A model generated the notes under the pieces. That model was not told the origin of the DNA and did no database searches. It was given only the letters and a program-made list of their open reading frames with translations. From an uncultured delta proteobacterium (GTDB lineage Bacteria > Myxococcota_A > Polyangia > Polyangiales > Polyangiaceae): 64,000 nt of DNA. A program made the translations under genes and the position numbers. Numbering within the stretch: the first letter of the stretch is position 1; each line of letters begins with the position of its first letter. Of this stretch, positions 27,595-36,289 are shown piece by piece. Location: assembly GCA_963716725.1 (NCBI GenBank), contig CAVQUB010000002.1, positions 418,601 to 482,600 on the forward strand. The letters run 5' to 3'.

Positions 27595-30318
27595 CTACTG
27601 AACCGCCCAGATCTGTTGAGTGGAGTTGTCGATGGCGTACAGCTTCTTGTTCGCCGCGTCGAAGCCCAGGCCGGTGTAGGAGCTGGTGCTGGTGCCGAAG
27701 CTGACCAGGGTGTCGGCGTAGGGCTGGGTGCCGGCTGGGTTGCACACGTAGTAGATGTCCGAGAGGGCGCCGCGGAAGTACAGGAAGTCCGCGGTCCCGT
27801 CGTTGTTGGTGTCGTGGGCGGCGACGCCGTTTGCGTAGGTGCTGGCGTAGAGATCGAAGCCGTCGGTGATCAGCGTGACCGCCTTGGTGGTGCGATCGAT
27901 GCGCACCAGGCGCTCGAGCGTGCCGCAGGCCGCGTAGAAGTACTTGTCGTCCACGGCCAGGCCGTTGCAGTAGCTCTCACCCGTGATCGACGCCTCGAGG
28001 GTGGCGGTCACCGGCGCGGTGCCGGTGGCGCTCACCGACCAGATCTCGGTGGCGGTCGTGGTGCTGGTGGCGCCGTTGAGCAGGTAGATCTTGCCCTTGT
28101 AGGAGGCGCCCGAGCGCGGGTAAGCCGAGGCCGGGGTCGGCGACGCCGGCAGCGCCATGAAATCCTGGGAGCCCCAGTTTCCGCCCCCGGTCGGCGGGAC
28201 GAGTTTGTAGAGGTAACCGGACGAGCTCGCCGCCATCGCCTTGTACTTGATGGTGAAGGGATCGGCGCCGTTCATCAGCATGCCGTAGCCGAGCACGCCG
28301 GTGTCGTTCGTGAGCTGGAACTTGGTCGTGTTGGTCTTGCCGATGCGCCAGAGCCCGCTGGTGCTGCCGAAGTACACGTAGCCGTTCGCCGCCTGATCGA
28401 CGTCCATGTAGTACATGCTCGCGCCGGTCGCGCCGAGGTTCGTCTTGGTGGTGCCCACCATGCCGCCGGAGCCGGGCAGACAAGGCGGCGTGATCACCGT
28501 GAACTTCCAGGTCGGCTTCTGAATCGCCTTGCTGCACTTGGTATCCGTGAGGCCCGTGAGGTCGACGGTGACTAGCTCACCCGCGGGCATCGCCACACCC
28601 GGCTTGATCAGCATGGTCTTGTTGTTGTTCGTCCAGGTCACCGCTGCGTTCGGATACGTGTAGGTGATGTTGGTGCCCTTGTTGCCCGTCAGCTTGACCG
28701 TCCAGCCCGTGGTGACGAGCGGCACGTCGAAATCGACGCTCAACTTCGGGGCCAGCGTGCTGGACGTCCCGGCGTTGGCCGGCGTCATGCTCACGGCGCT
28801 GGCCGCGAAGGTGGTGCAGTCGACCTCAGCCAGGGTGATCACCAGCGGGTTCTGCAAGGGCGTGGCCGTGCTGTAGTTGAGCTTGCCGACGTAGAAGAAG
28901 TAGGTGGTGCCCTTGGTCACGCTCAGGCTGCCGCTGAGGGTGGTGTAGGAGTAGTCCTTGAGCCCGCTGCACAGGGACGGCGTGCCGATGGTGCCGCAGG
29001 TCCCGGTCGCGACGGCGACCACGACGTAGGAGCTCACCGGCTTGTCCACGCTGAACTCGAGGCTGCCAGTGAACCCTGCTGTGTAGACCAGGACCAGATC
29101 CGGCCCCAGCAGGCTGTAGCTGGAGGTGGAGCACGCGGTCGGGATCGGGGTCAGGTAGTCGTTCTTGGTGGCGGTCCAGTTGATGGTGTTCTTGCCAGCC
29201 TTGATCGGCACCACGCCGCCGCAGTCTTCGCCGGTCGCGTTGCCAGCCACGCACGAGTAGTTCGTGCCGCTCTGCTCGCACTTCTGCCCGAGAGCGCAGG
29301 TCGTGGTGACCTGCCAGTCCTGGCAGCCGTTCACCCCGACCTTGCACTCTTGAACCAAGTTCGCGTTGCACTTCTTGGCGTTGAGGGTCGGGCACGGATC
29401 GGTGCAAATGCCCTCGCACTTGGCCTTGCCGGCGCCGGCCAGCTTGCAGTACATGCTCTTGGCCGAGCAGTCTTCGGTCGACTGCCACTCCAGGCAGCCG
29501 GTCGCGTCGCTGGCGCAGGTCGAGAGCACGTTCCCGATGCAGTTCTGTGAGCCCACGGAGCTGCACTTGTTGGAGCAAGAGGTGGTGCACTGGGCCTTGC
29601 CGCTGGCCGTGGTGCAGGTCTGGCCCGTGGCGGCGCAGTCCGAGGTCGTGACCAGCGCCAGGCAGCCGTCGGTCCCCGCTTGACAGGTGCGCAGCACGTT
29701 GCCGCTGCACTGCGTGTCGCCGGCCTTGGCACACTGGTTGTTGCAAGAACCGCCACAGACCGCCGTACCGCTCGTCGCGTCGCAGCTCTGGCCTTTGGCC
29801 GTGCAGTTGTCGAACTCGACCCACTCGTTGCATCCGGTGGATGGGCTCGTGGTGCAGTGCTCGATGCTGCCGGCGTTGCACTGGGACGCGCCCACCGTCG
29901 GGCAGGAGCTGGTGCAGGTGGTGGAGCACGCGGGCTTGCCGCCGCTGCTGTCGCAAACGCCGCCGCCAGATTGCGCGCAGTCGGCGGTGAGCGTCCAACC
30001 GCGACAGCCGCTCGCTTGTTGCGTGCAACTCTGCAGAGCCGTGCCGGCGCACTGCGTGTCACCGACGTTGGCGCAGGTGTCCTGACAGCAAGTGGCGAGG
30101 TCGAGCTGACACGTGGTCGGGTTGCAGAGCGGGGTGCCGCCCTTGAAGCCCAGGACCTGACAGGTCACGCCGCCCAGATCCGTGCCGTCACACTGGTCGA
30201 CGCCGTCCTTCACGCCGTTACCGCAGCTGCCGGTACCGCCGCCGTCACCGCCCGAGGCGCACGCGACCAAGATGAACCCACACACCGTCGCCAACGCGAC
30301 CGCCAAAGCTCGTTTCAC
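27595..30318 (-). CDS. Large Cys-rich surface lipoprotein: five roughly 54-aa disulfide repeats, Ig-like domain, probable beta-propeller
   Basis: Lipobox ILVAC; CGNGVKDGVDQCDG; repeats C...G..QC.G..L..C.....GC..W.....C; Big_5-like SMTPANAG...VDFD.P...WKFT; Thr/Ser/Tyr-rich beta C-terminus. Confidence 0.75.
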   Translation of the reverse strand: MKRALAVALATVCGFILVACASGGDGGGTGSCGNGVKDGVDQCDGTDLGGVTCQVLGFKGGTPLCNPTTCQLDLATCCQDTCANVGDTQCAGTALQSCTQQASGCRGWTLTADCAQSGGGVCDSSGGKPACSTTCTSSCPTVGASQCNAGSIEHCTTSPSTGCNEWVEFDNCTAKGQSCDATSGTAVCGGSCNNQCAKAGDTQCSGNVLRTCQAGTDGCLALVTTSDCAATGQTCTTASGKAQCTTSCSNKCSSVGSQNCIGNVLSTCASDATGCLEWQSTEDCSAKSMYCKLAGAGKAKCEGICTDPCPTLNAKKCNANLVQECKVGVNGCQDWQVTTTCALGQKCEQSGTNYSCVAGNATGEDCGGVVPIKAGKNTINWTATKNDYLTPIPTACSTSSYSLLGPDLVLVYTAGFTGSLEFSVDKPVSSYVVVAVATGTCGTIGTPSLCSGLKDYSYTTLSGSLSVTKGTTYFFYVGKLNYSTATPLQNPLVITLAEVDCTTFAASAVSMTPANAGTSSTLAPKLSVDFDVPLVTTGWTVKLTGNKGTNITYTYPNAAVTWTNNNKTMLIKPGVAMPAGELVTVDLTGLTDTKCSKAIQKPTWKFTVITPPCLPGSGGMVGTTKTNLGATGASMYYMDVDQAANGYVYFGSTSGLWRIGKTNTTKFQLTNDTGVLGYGMLMNGADPFTIKYKAMAASSSGYLYKLVPPTGGGNWGSQDFMALPASPTPASAYPRSGASYKGKIYLLNGATSTTTATEIWSVSATGTAPVTATLEASITGESYCNGLAVDDKYFYAACGTLERLVRIDRTTKAVTLITDGFDLYASTYANGVAAHDTNNDGTADFLYFRGALSDIYYVCNPAGTQPYADTLVSFGTSTSSYTGLGFDAANKKLYAIDNSTQQIWAVQ

Positions 30319-30484
30319 GATTAAGCCTCCTCGACCCGACGAAACCCGAGCTTAGCTCGGGCCCGGCCTCCTAGCAGCCTGCAATCGCCCGAGCAATGGG
30401 CGCACGAGCGCACTCTGTGACGCAGCGTCACAACGTTACGCCTCACGGCAGCCGACATTTCCGGTGATTCTGCGCCTGGTGGAG

Positions 30485-30500
30485 GGGCACGGGTCGTGCA
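30485..30500 (+). promoter_or_regulatory. Putative sigma54 (-24/-12) promoter
   Basis: GGGCACGGGTCGTGCA (GG-N10-GC) just upstream of the 30513 gene. Confidence 0.4.
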
Positions 30501-30512
30501 AGTAGCCCGAAC

Positions 30513-31370
30513 ATGGGTCGAGTATTCGGTGTGGCGTGGGCGGTGCTGCTGGGAGTGACGATGATCGCAGGGTGCGCTTCCGACGACGACGACGACGAGT
30601 TCGCCGAGCGCTTCTGCGCGGTCTTCGCGCCCTGCTGTGCCAAGGCAGGCATGAACGGCGATCAATCCTCGTGCCGCATGCTCTACGGCAGCGCGCGTCC
30701 CAGCAGCAAGGCGGCGGCGGACCAGTGCTTGAAGGACTTCGAGGAGCTGGGAAAGGACCCGGCCTTCTGCGACTTCGAATACCAGAACCCGGACTCGTGC
30801 GAAAAAGCGTTTCCGGATCAGGCGTCCAACGGGACCAAGCTCCCGGGGGCCAAGTGCTCGGACGACGACGAGTGCGCTGGAGATGCCAGCTGCTGGGGAC
30901 AGTGGGAGGAGGGAGGCGGCACGTGCCTCGCGTGGGTGGTGGTGCCGGAGGGAGCGGCGTGCGTCGGAGTCAGAGAGAAGACCGGGATGACCTGGTCGGG
31001 CGAGGCGCAGAACAACCAAGTCGCGCTCTGCGACGGCGACGCGGGCTTCATCTGCAGCGCCAATGTCTGCAAGCCGCGCGGCGGCGTCGGGGCCACCTGC
31101 AGCAGCGGAGGCGAGTGTGTCGACGGCGCCTACTGCGACAGCGGTAAGTGCGCGACCAAACTCACCGCAGGCGCCACCTGCAGCGGCAACTACGACGAAT
31201 GCAACCCCGCGACGCACTGCGCCGCGTCGAGCAAGACCTGCGAGCCGCGTCGACCGGACGGCGAATCCTGCGCCGAAGACAGCGAGTGCTCGAGCGACCG
31301 CTGCACCGACGGGCTCTGCAAGTACAACCCGGGCCTGGGCGGACTCGCCCTCGGGTTCGTGTGTAAATGA
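30513..31370 (+). CDS. Cys-rich lipoprotein (Dickkopf/EB-like repeats)
   Basis: Lipobox IAGC; repeated G..C.....C....YC....C units. Confidence 0.75.
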   Translation: MGRVFGVAWAVLLGVTMIAGCASDDDDDEFAERFCAVFAPCCAKAGMNGDQSSCRMLYGSARPSSKAAADQCLKDFEELGKDPAFCDFEYQNPDSCEKAFPDQASNGTKLPGAKCSDDDECAGDASCWGQWEEGGGTCLAWVVVPEGAACVGVREKTGMTWSGEAQNNQVALCDGDAGFICSANVCKPRGGVGATCSSGGECVDGAYCDSGKCATKLTAGATCSGNYDECNPATHCAASSKTCEPRRPDGESCAEDSECSSDRCTDGLCKYNPGLGGLALGFVCK

Positions 31371-31382
31371 AGGCGGGCGCGC

Positions 31383-32234
31383 CTACTGCTTGGGTTGCGC
31401 CAAGTACTGGAACAGATCCGAGCCGGTCGAAAGCACCAGACTCGTCTCTTGGTTCATGGCCTTCTCGTAAGTGTCCAGGCTGCGCAAGAATGCGTAGAAC
31501 TCCGGCGCCTTGCCGTAGGCAGCCGCGTAGATCTTGGTGCTCTCGCCGTCGCCTTCGCCCCGAGCCTTTTGAGCGGTCTCGTAGGCCTTCGCCAGCAAGA
31601 TCGTTTTCTCTTTGTCGGTGTCGGCCCGGATCTTGGCCGCCTCTTCCTCACCCTCGGAGCGGTACTGCTTGGCGACACGATCGCGCTCGGCGCGCATGCG
31701 GGCGTAGACGCTCTCTTGGACTTCCTTGGGCAGATCCGCGCGCTTGATCCGCACGTCAACCAGGTCGATACCGAACTCCTTGGTCTGCAGGCGCGCGGCC
31801 ACCGCGACTCGCTGCATCAGGGGGTCGCGTTCGTTCCCGATGATCTCGCCAAAGTTGCGGCTCGCCAGCTCGCGGCGCATCTCGCTGTTGATGATGTCGT
31901 CCAAGCGAGACTTGGCGCCGCTTTCGTCGTGAACCGACTTGAAGAACAAGAGCGGCTCGACGATGCGCCAGCGGCTGACCGGATCGGCCACCAGGCGCTT
32001 CTTGTCCAGCGTCAGGTACTCCGCCGGCGGAGTGTCGCTGGTCATGATACGGCGCTCCATCCGCGTCACGGTCTGGGCGAAGGGCGTCTTGAAGTACAAC
32101 CCAGGCGCGTCCACCGTGCGCTTGAACTCGCCGAATTGCGTGACGATGGCGAGCTCGCCCTCGTCGACGACAAACACCGTCTGCACGCCAACGAAGAGGG
32201 CCAGCAGTACGGCCACGAAGATCCCGAGCTTCAT
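31383..32234 (-). CDS. hflC: FtsH protease modulator HflC
   Basis: VVDEGELAIVTQFG, PGLYFK.PF, DVRIKRADLP, VYARMRAER, FYAFLRSL..Y. Confidence 0.96.
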   Translation of the reverse strand: MKLGIFVAVLLALFVGVQTVFVVDEGELAIVTQFGEFKRTVDAPGLYFKTPFAQTVTRMERRIMTSDTPPAEYLTLDKKRLVADPVSRWRIVEPLLFFKSVHDESGAKSRLDDIINSEMRRELASRNFGEIIGNERDPLMQRVAVAARLQTKEFGIDLVDVRIKRADLPKEVQESVYARMRAERDRVAKQYRSEGEEEAAKIRADTDKEKTILLAKAYETAQKARGEGDGESTKIYAAAYGKAPEFYAFLRSLDTYEKAMNQETSLVLSTGSDLFQYLAQPKQ

Positions 32235-33247
32235 TTGGCTTCTCCCGCGCCAGCGGCGACGGCCGCACGTTGCGGCCCAATCTGGAGTACCGGCAGCGCG
32301 CCCTTGGCCAGGTCCTTGTCCACGATCACCTTCTTGTCGATCTTCGAGAGGATCCGCTCCAACGTCTCGAGATAGAGGCGCTGGCGGGTCACGCGCTCGG
32401 CCTTGGAGTACTCGGCGTAAACCGATTCGAACTTCTGCGCGTCGCCGCTGGCCTTGAGCACGCGTTGCTCCTTGTAGCCCTCGGCCTCTCGCTCCATCTT
32501 CCTCGCCTCGCCGCGCGCGCGCGGGATCAGATCGGCCTGATAGCCCTTGGCCTGGTTGATGAGCTTCTCCTTCTCCTCCCGGGCGCGGACGACGTCGTGG
32601 AAGGCGTCCTTCACTTCGTCGGGCGCGTCGACCGCCTGCAGCTTCACCTCGGTGATGCTGAGGCCACTCTGGTAGTCGTCCATCAGCTTCTGGAGCCAGG
32701 CCCGCGTCTCGCTCTGCACCTTCTCGCGACCGGTGGTGATGACGTCGTCGATGTTCGTGCGACCGACCATGCTGCGCAGCGCGACCTCGGCCGTGGCGCG
32801 CAGCGTTTCTTCCGCATCCTTGATCCGGAACAGGTACTTGCTCGGATCCGCCACGCGGTATTGCACGATGATCTGTGCCTCGACGATGTTCTCATCGCCG
32901 GTGAGCATCAGCGATTCGTGCGGCACGCGCTCGTTGCCGCGGAAACCCACCTCGATTCGGCGGACCTGCTCCAGGTTCACCACATTCACGTTCTGCGCGA
33001 AGGGCACGCGGTAGTGCAAGCCCGGTCCGGTCTTGCCGGATTCGCGCCCGAAGGTCCTGACCACACCCTGCTCGCCCGGACCGACGCTGTAGATACCGGT
33101 CGCCGCGACGATCAGAAAGACAATGCCGAGGGCGATCGGACCGAAATTCTTGGCGTTGCGGCGGATGGCCGCGGACACCTCTCCGACGACCTGTCCTACG
33201 TCCGGTCCCTTTTCATTGGGGTCCCACGGGTTCTGCATGTTGGGCAC
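32231..33247 (-). CDS. hflK: FtsH protease modulator HflK
   Basis: EQGVVRTFG, MLTGDENIV, VKDAFHDV..ARE, IPRARGEA, VTRQRLYLETLE; ATGA overlap with hflC. Confidence 0.96.
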   Translation of the reverse strand: MPNMQNPWDPNEKGPDVGQVVGEVSAAIRRNAKNFGPIALGIVFLIVAATGIYSVGPGEQGVVRTFGRESGKTGPGLHYRVPFAQNVNVVNLEQVRRIEVGFRGNERVPHESLMLTGDENIVEAQIIVQYRVADPSKYLFRIKDAEETLRATAEVALRSMVGRTNIDDVITTGREKVQSETRAWLQKLMDDYQSGLSITEVKLQAVDAPDEVKDAFHDVVRAREEKEKLINQAKGYQADLIPRARGEARKMEREAEGYKEQRVLKASGDAQKFESVYAEYSKAERVTRQRLYLETLERILSKIDKKVIVDKDLAKGALPVLQIGPQRAAVAAGAGEAK

Positions 33248-33343
33248 TTCATGGCCTTGCGGGACATGAACCGCAACCCGAATCGGCTGGACGCGCCCCG
33301 GTTTCGGCCAGCGCGGACAGCCGCTCGGCGCGCGAGCGTGAAA

Positions 33344-33724
33344 TCAGCGCTCCAACATTTTCTTCAGCTTGCCGCTGTCGATGGCCGCAACGGTCAGATC
33401 TTCCCCGCCGATCAAGCTGCCGTTGACGAAGACCTGAGGAAACGTGGGCCACCCGCTCCAGAGTTTGATGGCGAGTCGACGCCGCCACTCGGAGACGTAG
33501 CTCCCGAATTCGAGGTACCGATGCTCGATGCCGGCGCTCGTCAGCGCTTTGCGAACCTTCCGAACGTGCGGATTCTGCGCCATGCCGATCACGACGACGG
33601 GCGACTCGCCGATGGCGCGCTCGACGTCGCGGACGACGTCGGCGTGGCTCTCCACGATCTTGGCCAGGGCCTCGCTCGAGATCTTTGACGCATCGAGCAG
33701 CGGCCGCTTGGGGGTTTGGGTCAT
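33344..33724 (-). CDS. Glutaredoxin-like protein with no cysteine
   Basis: WSGWPTFPQVFVNGSLIGG (Grx signature); GMAQNPHV at the active-site position; no Cys from ATG 33724. Confidence 0.85.
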   Translation of the reverse strand: MTQTPKRPLLDASKISSEALAKIVESHADVVRDVERAIGESPVVVIGMAQNPHVRKVRKALTSAGIEHRYLEFGSYVSEWRRRLAIKLWSGWPTFPQVFVNGSLIGGEDLTVAAIDSGKLKKMLER

Positions 33725-33859
33725 TGGGGCGATGCTAGCGCTCGCTGGCGCAAGGGTGAGCACGGAGTTGGGTGAACAGTCAGATTCGCTGAATATTCCG
33801 AGCACAATTGCTGCTTTCGCCGGCTCGGTTCTGCCCACGTTTCAAAGTAGGCTGGGGGC

Positions 33860-34588
33860 ATGCGGACAGTGCTGATCACGGGGGGGGCGCGGGGGATCGG
33901 GCGGGCCATCGGGCTCCACCTTGCCGAACGCGGAGTCAACGTGGGCTTCTGCTACAGAACGAGCGAAGGCGCCGCGCGTGAGACCGAGGCCGCGGTGCGT
34001 GCCAAGGGTGCGCGCGCTCTCGGTGTGCGGGCCAACGTCGGCGATCCGGAACAGGTCGACGCTTTGTTCGACGAGGTCGAACGCGAACTCGGCACGCCCG
34101 ACGCGTTGATTCACGCGGCGGGGCCCTATCATCGGGTGGAGGTCCTGAAAGAGACGCCAGAGGGCTGGCGGGAGATGCTGGGCGAGAACCTCGACTCGTT
34201 CTTCTACTGCGCGCGACGGGCCGCTCCGGCCATGATCGAGAAGAAGTGGGGGCGGATCATCGCGTTCTCCATGGCAAACGCCGATCGAGCAGGCGCTCAG
34301 CCCGGTGTGACCGCACATTACGTGGCCAAGGTCGGCGTGTTGGTCCTCGCCCGCACGCTGGCCCGAGCGCTCGCGCCCCACGGGATCACCGTGAACACCA
34401 TCGCTCCGGGCTTCATCGCCTCGGGCTCTGCGCCCACCGATGAGCTGGACAAGATGGTGAAGAACATCCCAGCGGGCTACGTGGGGGAGCTCAGCGACGC
34501 CGTGGCTGCTGCGAGCTTTCTCCTGTCGCAGGAGGCACGCTACGTGAATGGAACGAACATCATCTCGAGCGGCGGCTGGGGGCTCTAG
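33860..34588 (+). CDS. SDR-family oxidoreductase (FabG-like)
   Basis: TGGARGIG, YVAK (YxxK spacing differs from canonical YxxxK), ITVNTIAPGFI, YVNG. Confidence 0.88.
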   Translation: MRTVLITGGARGIGRAIGLHLAERGVNVGFCYRTSEGAARETEAAVRAKGARALGVRANVGDPEQVDALFDEVERELGTPDALIHAAGPYHRVEVLKETPEGWREMLGENLDSFFYCARRAAPAMIEKKWGRIIAFSMANADRAGAQPGVTAHYVAKVGVLVLARTLARALAPHGITVNTIAPGFIASGSAPTDELDKMVKNIPAGYVGELSDAVAAASFLLSQEARYVNGTNIISSGGWGL

Positions 34589-34609
34589 CCGCTGCCTTTG
34601 ACGACCGGT

Positions 34610-36064
34610 TCAGGAGTCGCTCGGCGCCTTCGGATCACCTGGACTAGGCACAGCGGCGGCTTCGACGGACTGCGAGACCTCCGCCGACACCGGGGGGTCG
34701 AGCGACGGCACAGTGACGCCGGATGGGTCCACCGCAAGCTCTTCGACCGACCGGGCCACCCCCACCGGCCCGGCGTGTTCGAGCGAAGGGGGCGAGTGGT
34801 CCGAGGTGGGCTGACCCAGCGATGCGGGTCCGGCCGCGGTCTCCGGCTGCTCGAGCGGCGGCGCCGGCAGCGACCGCCGAACCAACGGAAAGCCCACGGC
34901 GAAGACCAGGATGGTGGTGAACACGGCGGCAAACACCACCGTCGGCAAGCTGTCGGTGCCCGGCACCCCTGCCGCGGCCGGCAACGTCGCGAGCACGCCG
35001 GCCGCCATGCCGCGCGGCAGCGAGACCATGATGATCTTCTTTTCTCGAGGCGTGAAGTCCGTCGCCAGGGTCGCCGCGAGGACTCCGGGGATGCGCGCGC
35101 CGAAGACCAGCAAGCCGAGCAGCACGCCGAGCACCAGGAGGCCCAGCGGCGGGCCCAACATCGCGCCGATGAAGGTGAAGAAGAAGGACTTGATGATGAA
35201 GGCCATCTGCGCGTGAAAGCCCCGGACGTCTCGTCCGAGGCCGCTCTGCTCACTGAGCCCGATCTTGGCACCGATACTCCGGGCGTTTCCCACGATCACC
35301 GCGAAGGCCAAGATGCCGAGCGCCGCGCTCCCGCCGGCGTGATCGATGGCGACATAGAGCACGATCAGCGACGAGAGGGTGATCGGATAGGCGTGATCGC
35401 TGTTGCGGAGGAAGCGCAGCACCAAGAGCCACGCCGCCCCCGAGACCGTGCCCATGCCGCCACCGATGGCGAACGAGACCAGCAGGGCAGTTGCCGGTGA
35501 CTGCCCTGGCGCAGCGCTGATGGCGAGCACGTCGATCAGCGCGCTCGCGACGACGACGCAGAAGGCGTCGGTGAATGCCGACTCGAGTCCCACCAGGCTC
35601 GCAACGCGCGGGACGACCTTGGCCTGCTGCATCGCCGGCATGATGATGATGGAACTCGAACCGCCCAGAATGGACCCCAGCAAGAGGCCGTGCGTCCAAC
35701 TCCACTCGCCGGGCAACCATCCGACCAACCGCGCACCCATGCTGAGCGCGGCGACGGCGATCACCGCCAGCACGAAGCTGCAAACGGCGAGCAGCGCGGA
35801 TCGCGGAGCCGCTCGGGACACGTCTGCCAGATCGAGCTTGCTGCCTCCCTCGAACAAGACGACCACCAGCGTGACCGCAGCAAAGTACGGGGCGACGCCC
35901 GTGAGCTCCTCACGAGTGACGAATCCCAAAACCGGACCGAGCACGATCCCAACCAGGATCAGCCAAATCACGTCCGGCACGTTGGTGCGCCGGAACACCG
36001 CCTCGCCGGCCGCTCCGATCAGAAAGATGCCGGCGATCGCCAACAGAAATGCAGCAACTGACAT
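34610..36064 (-). CDS. Cation:proton antiporter (CPA1, NhaP-like)
   Basis: Many TMs; VPDVIWLILVGIVLGP, LFEGG, LESAFTD, SFFFTFIG, LPRGMAAGVLA; disordered acidic tail. Confidence 0.9.
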   Translation of the reverse strand: MSVAAFLLAIAGIFLIGAAGEAVFRRTNVPDVIWLILVGIVLGPVLGFVTREELTGVAPYFAAVTLVVVLFEGGSKLDLADVSRAAPRSALLAVCSFVLAVIAVAALSMGARLVGWLPGEWSWTHGLLLGSILGGSSSIIIMPAMQQAKVVPRVASLVGLESAFTDAFCVVVASALIDVLAISAAPGQSPATALLVSFAIGGGMGTVSGAAWLLVLRFLRNSDHAYPITLSSLIVLYVAIDHAGGSAALGILAFAVIVGNARSIGAKIGLSEQSGLGRDVRGFHAQMAFIIKSFFFTFIGAMLGPPLGLLVLGVLLGLLVFGARIPGVLAATLATDFTPREKKIIMVSLPRGMAAGVLATLPAAAGVPGTDSLPTVVFAAVFTTILVFAVGFPLVRRSLPAPPLEQPETAAGPASLGQPTSDHSPPSLEHAGPVGVARSVEELAVDPSGVTVPSLDPPVSAEVSQSVEAAAVPSPGDPKAPSDS

Positions 36065-36209
36065 GGTCCAACTCGGAAGAGCTCGAGGGGTGCGGCGGCA
36101 TCTTGCACTGCCGGCGGGGCGCGAGCCACAGCAACTCACCGGCCGCGGCCTGCGTCGCCCGGGTTCGGCGCGCTCAGGCCGCTGGGCTGGGACGCAGTCG
36201 AGCTGCCCG

Positions 36210-36235
36210 GGAACCCTGGCCCGACCGAAGTGTCT
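36210..36235 (+). promoter_or_regulatory. Possible ECF-sigma promoter
   Basis: GGAACC-N16-GTCT upstream of ATG 36290, followed by the inverted repeat TCGGAGC-N5-GCTCCGA (36246-36264) and a GGGAGG RBS. Confidence 0.25.
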
Positions 36236-36289
36236 GGGGCTTCATTCGGAGCGATTGGCTCCGATCACCCGGGACTCGGGAGGCGATGA

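Noticed and set aside
36085..36110. Sigma54-like site (ggcggcatcttgca); similar near-matches at about 43300-43360
   Set aside because: GG-to-GC spacing is not 10 nt.
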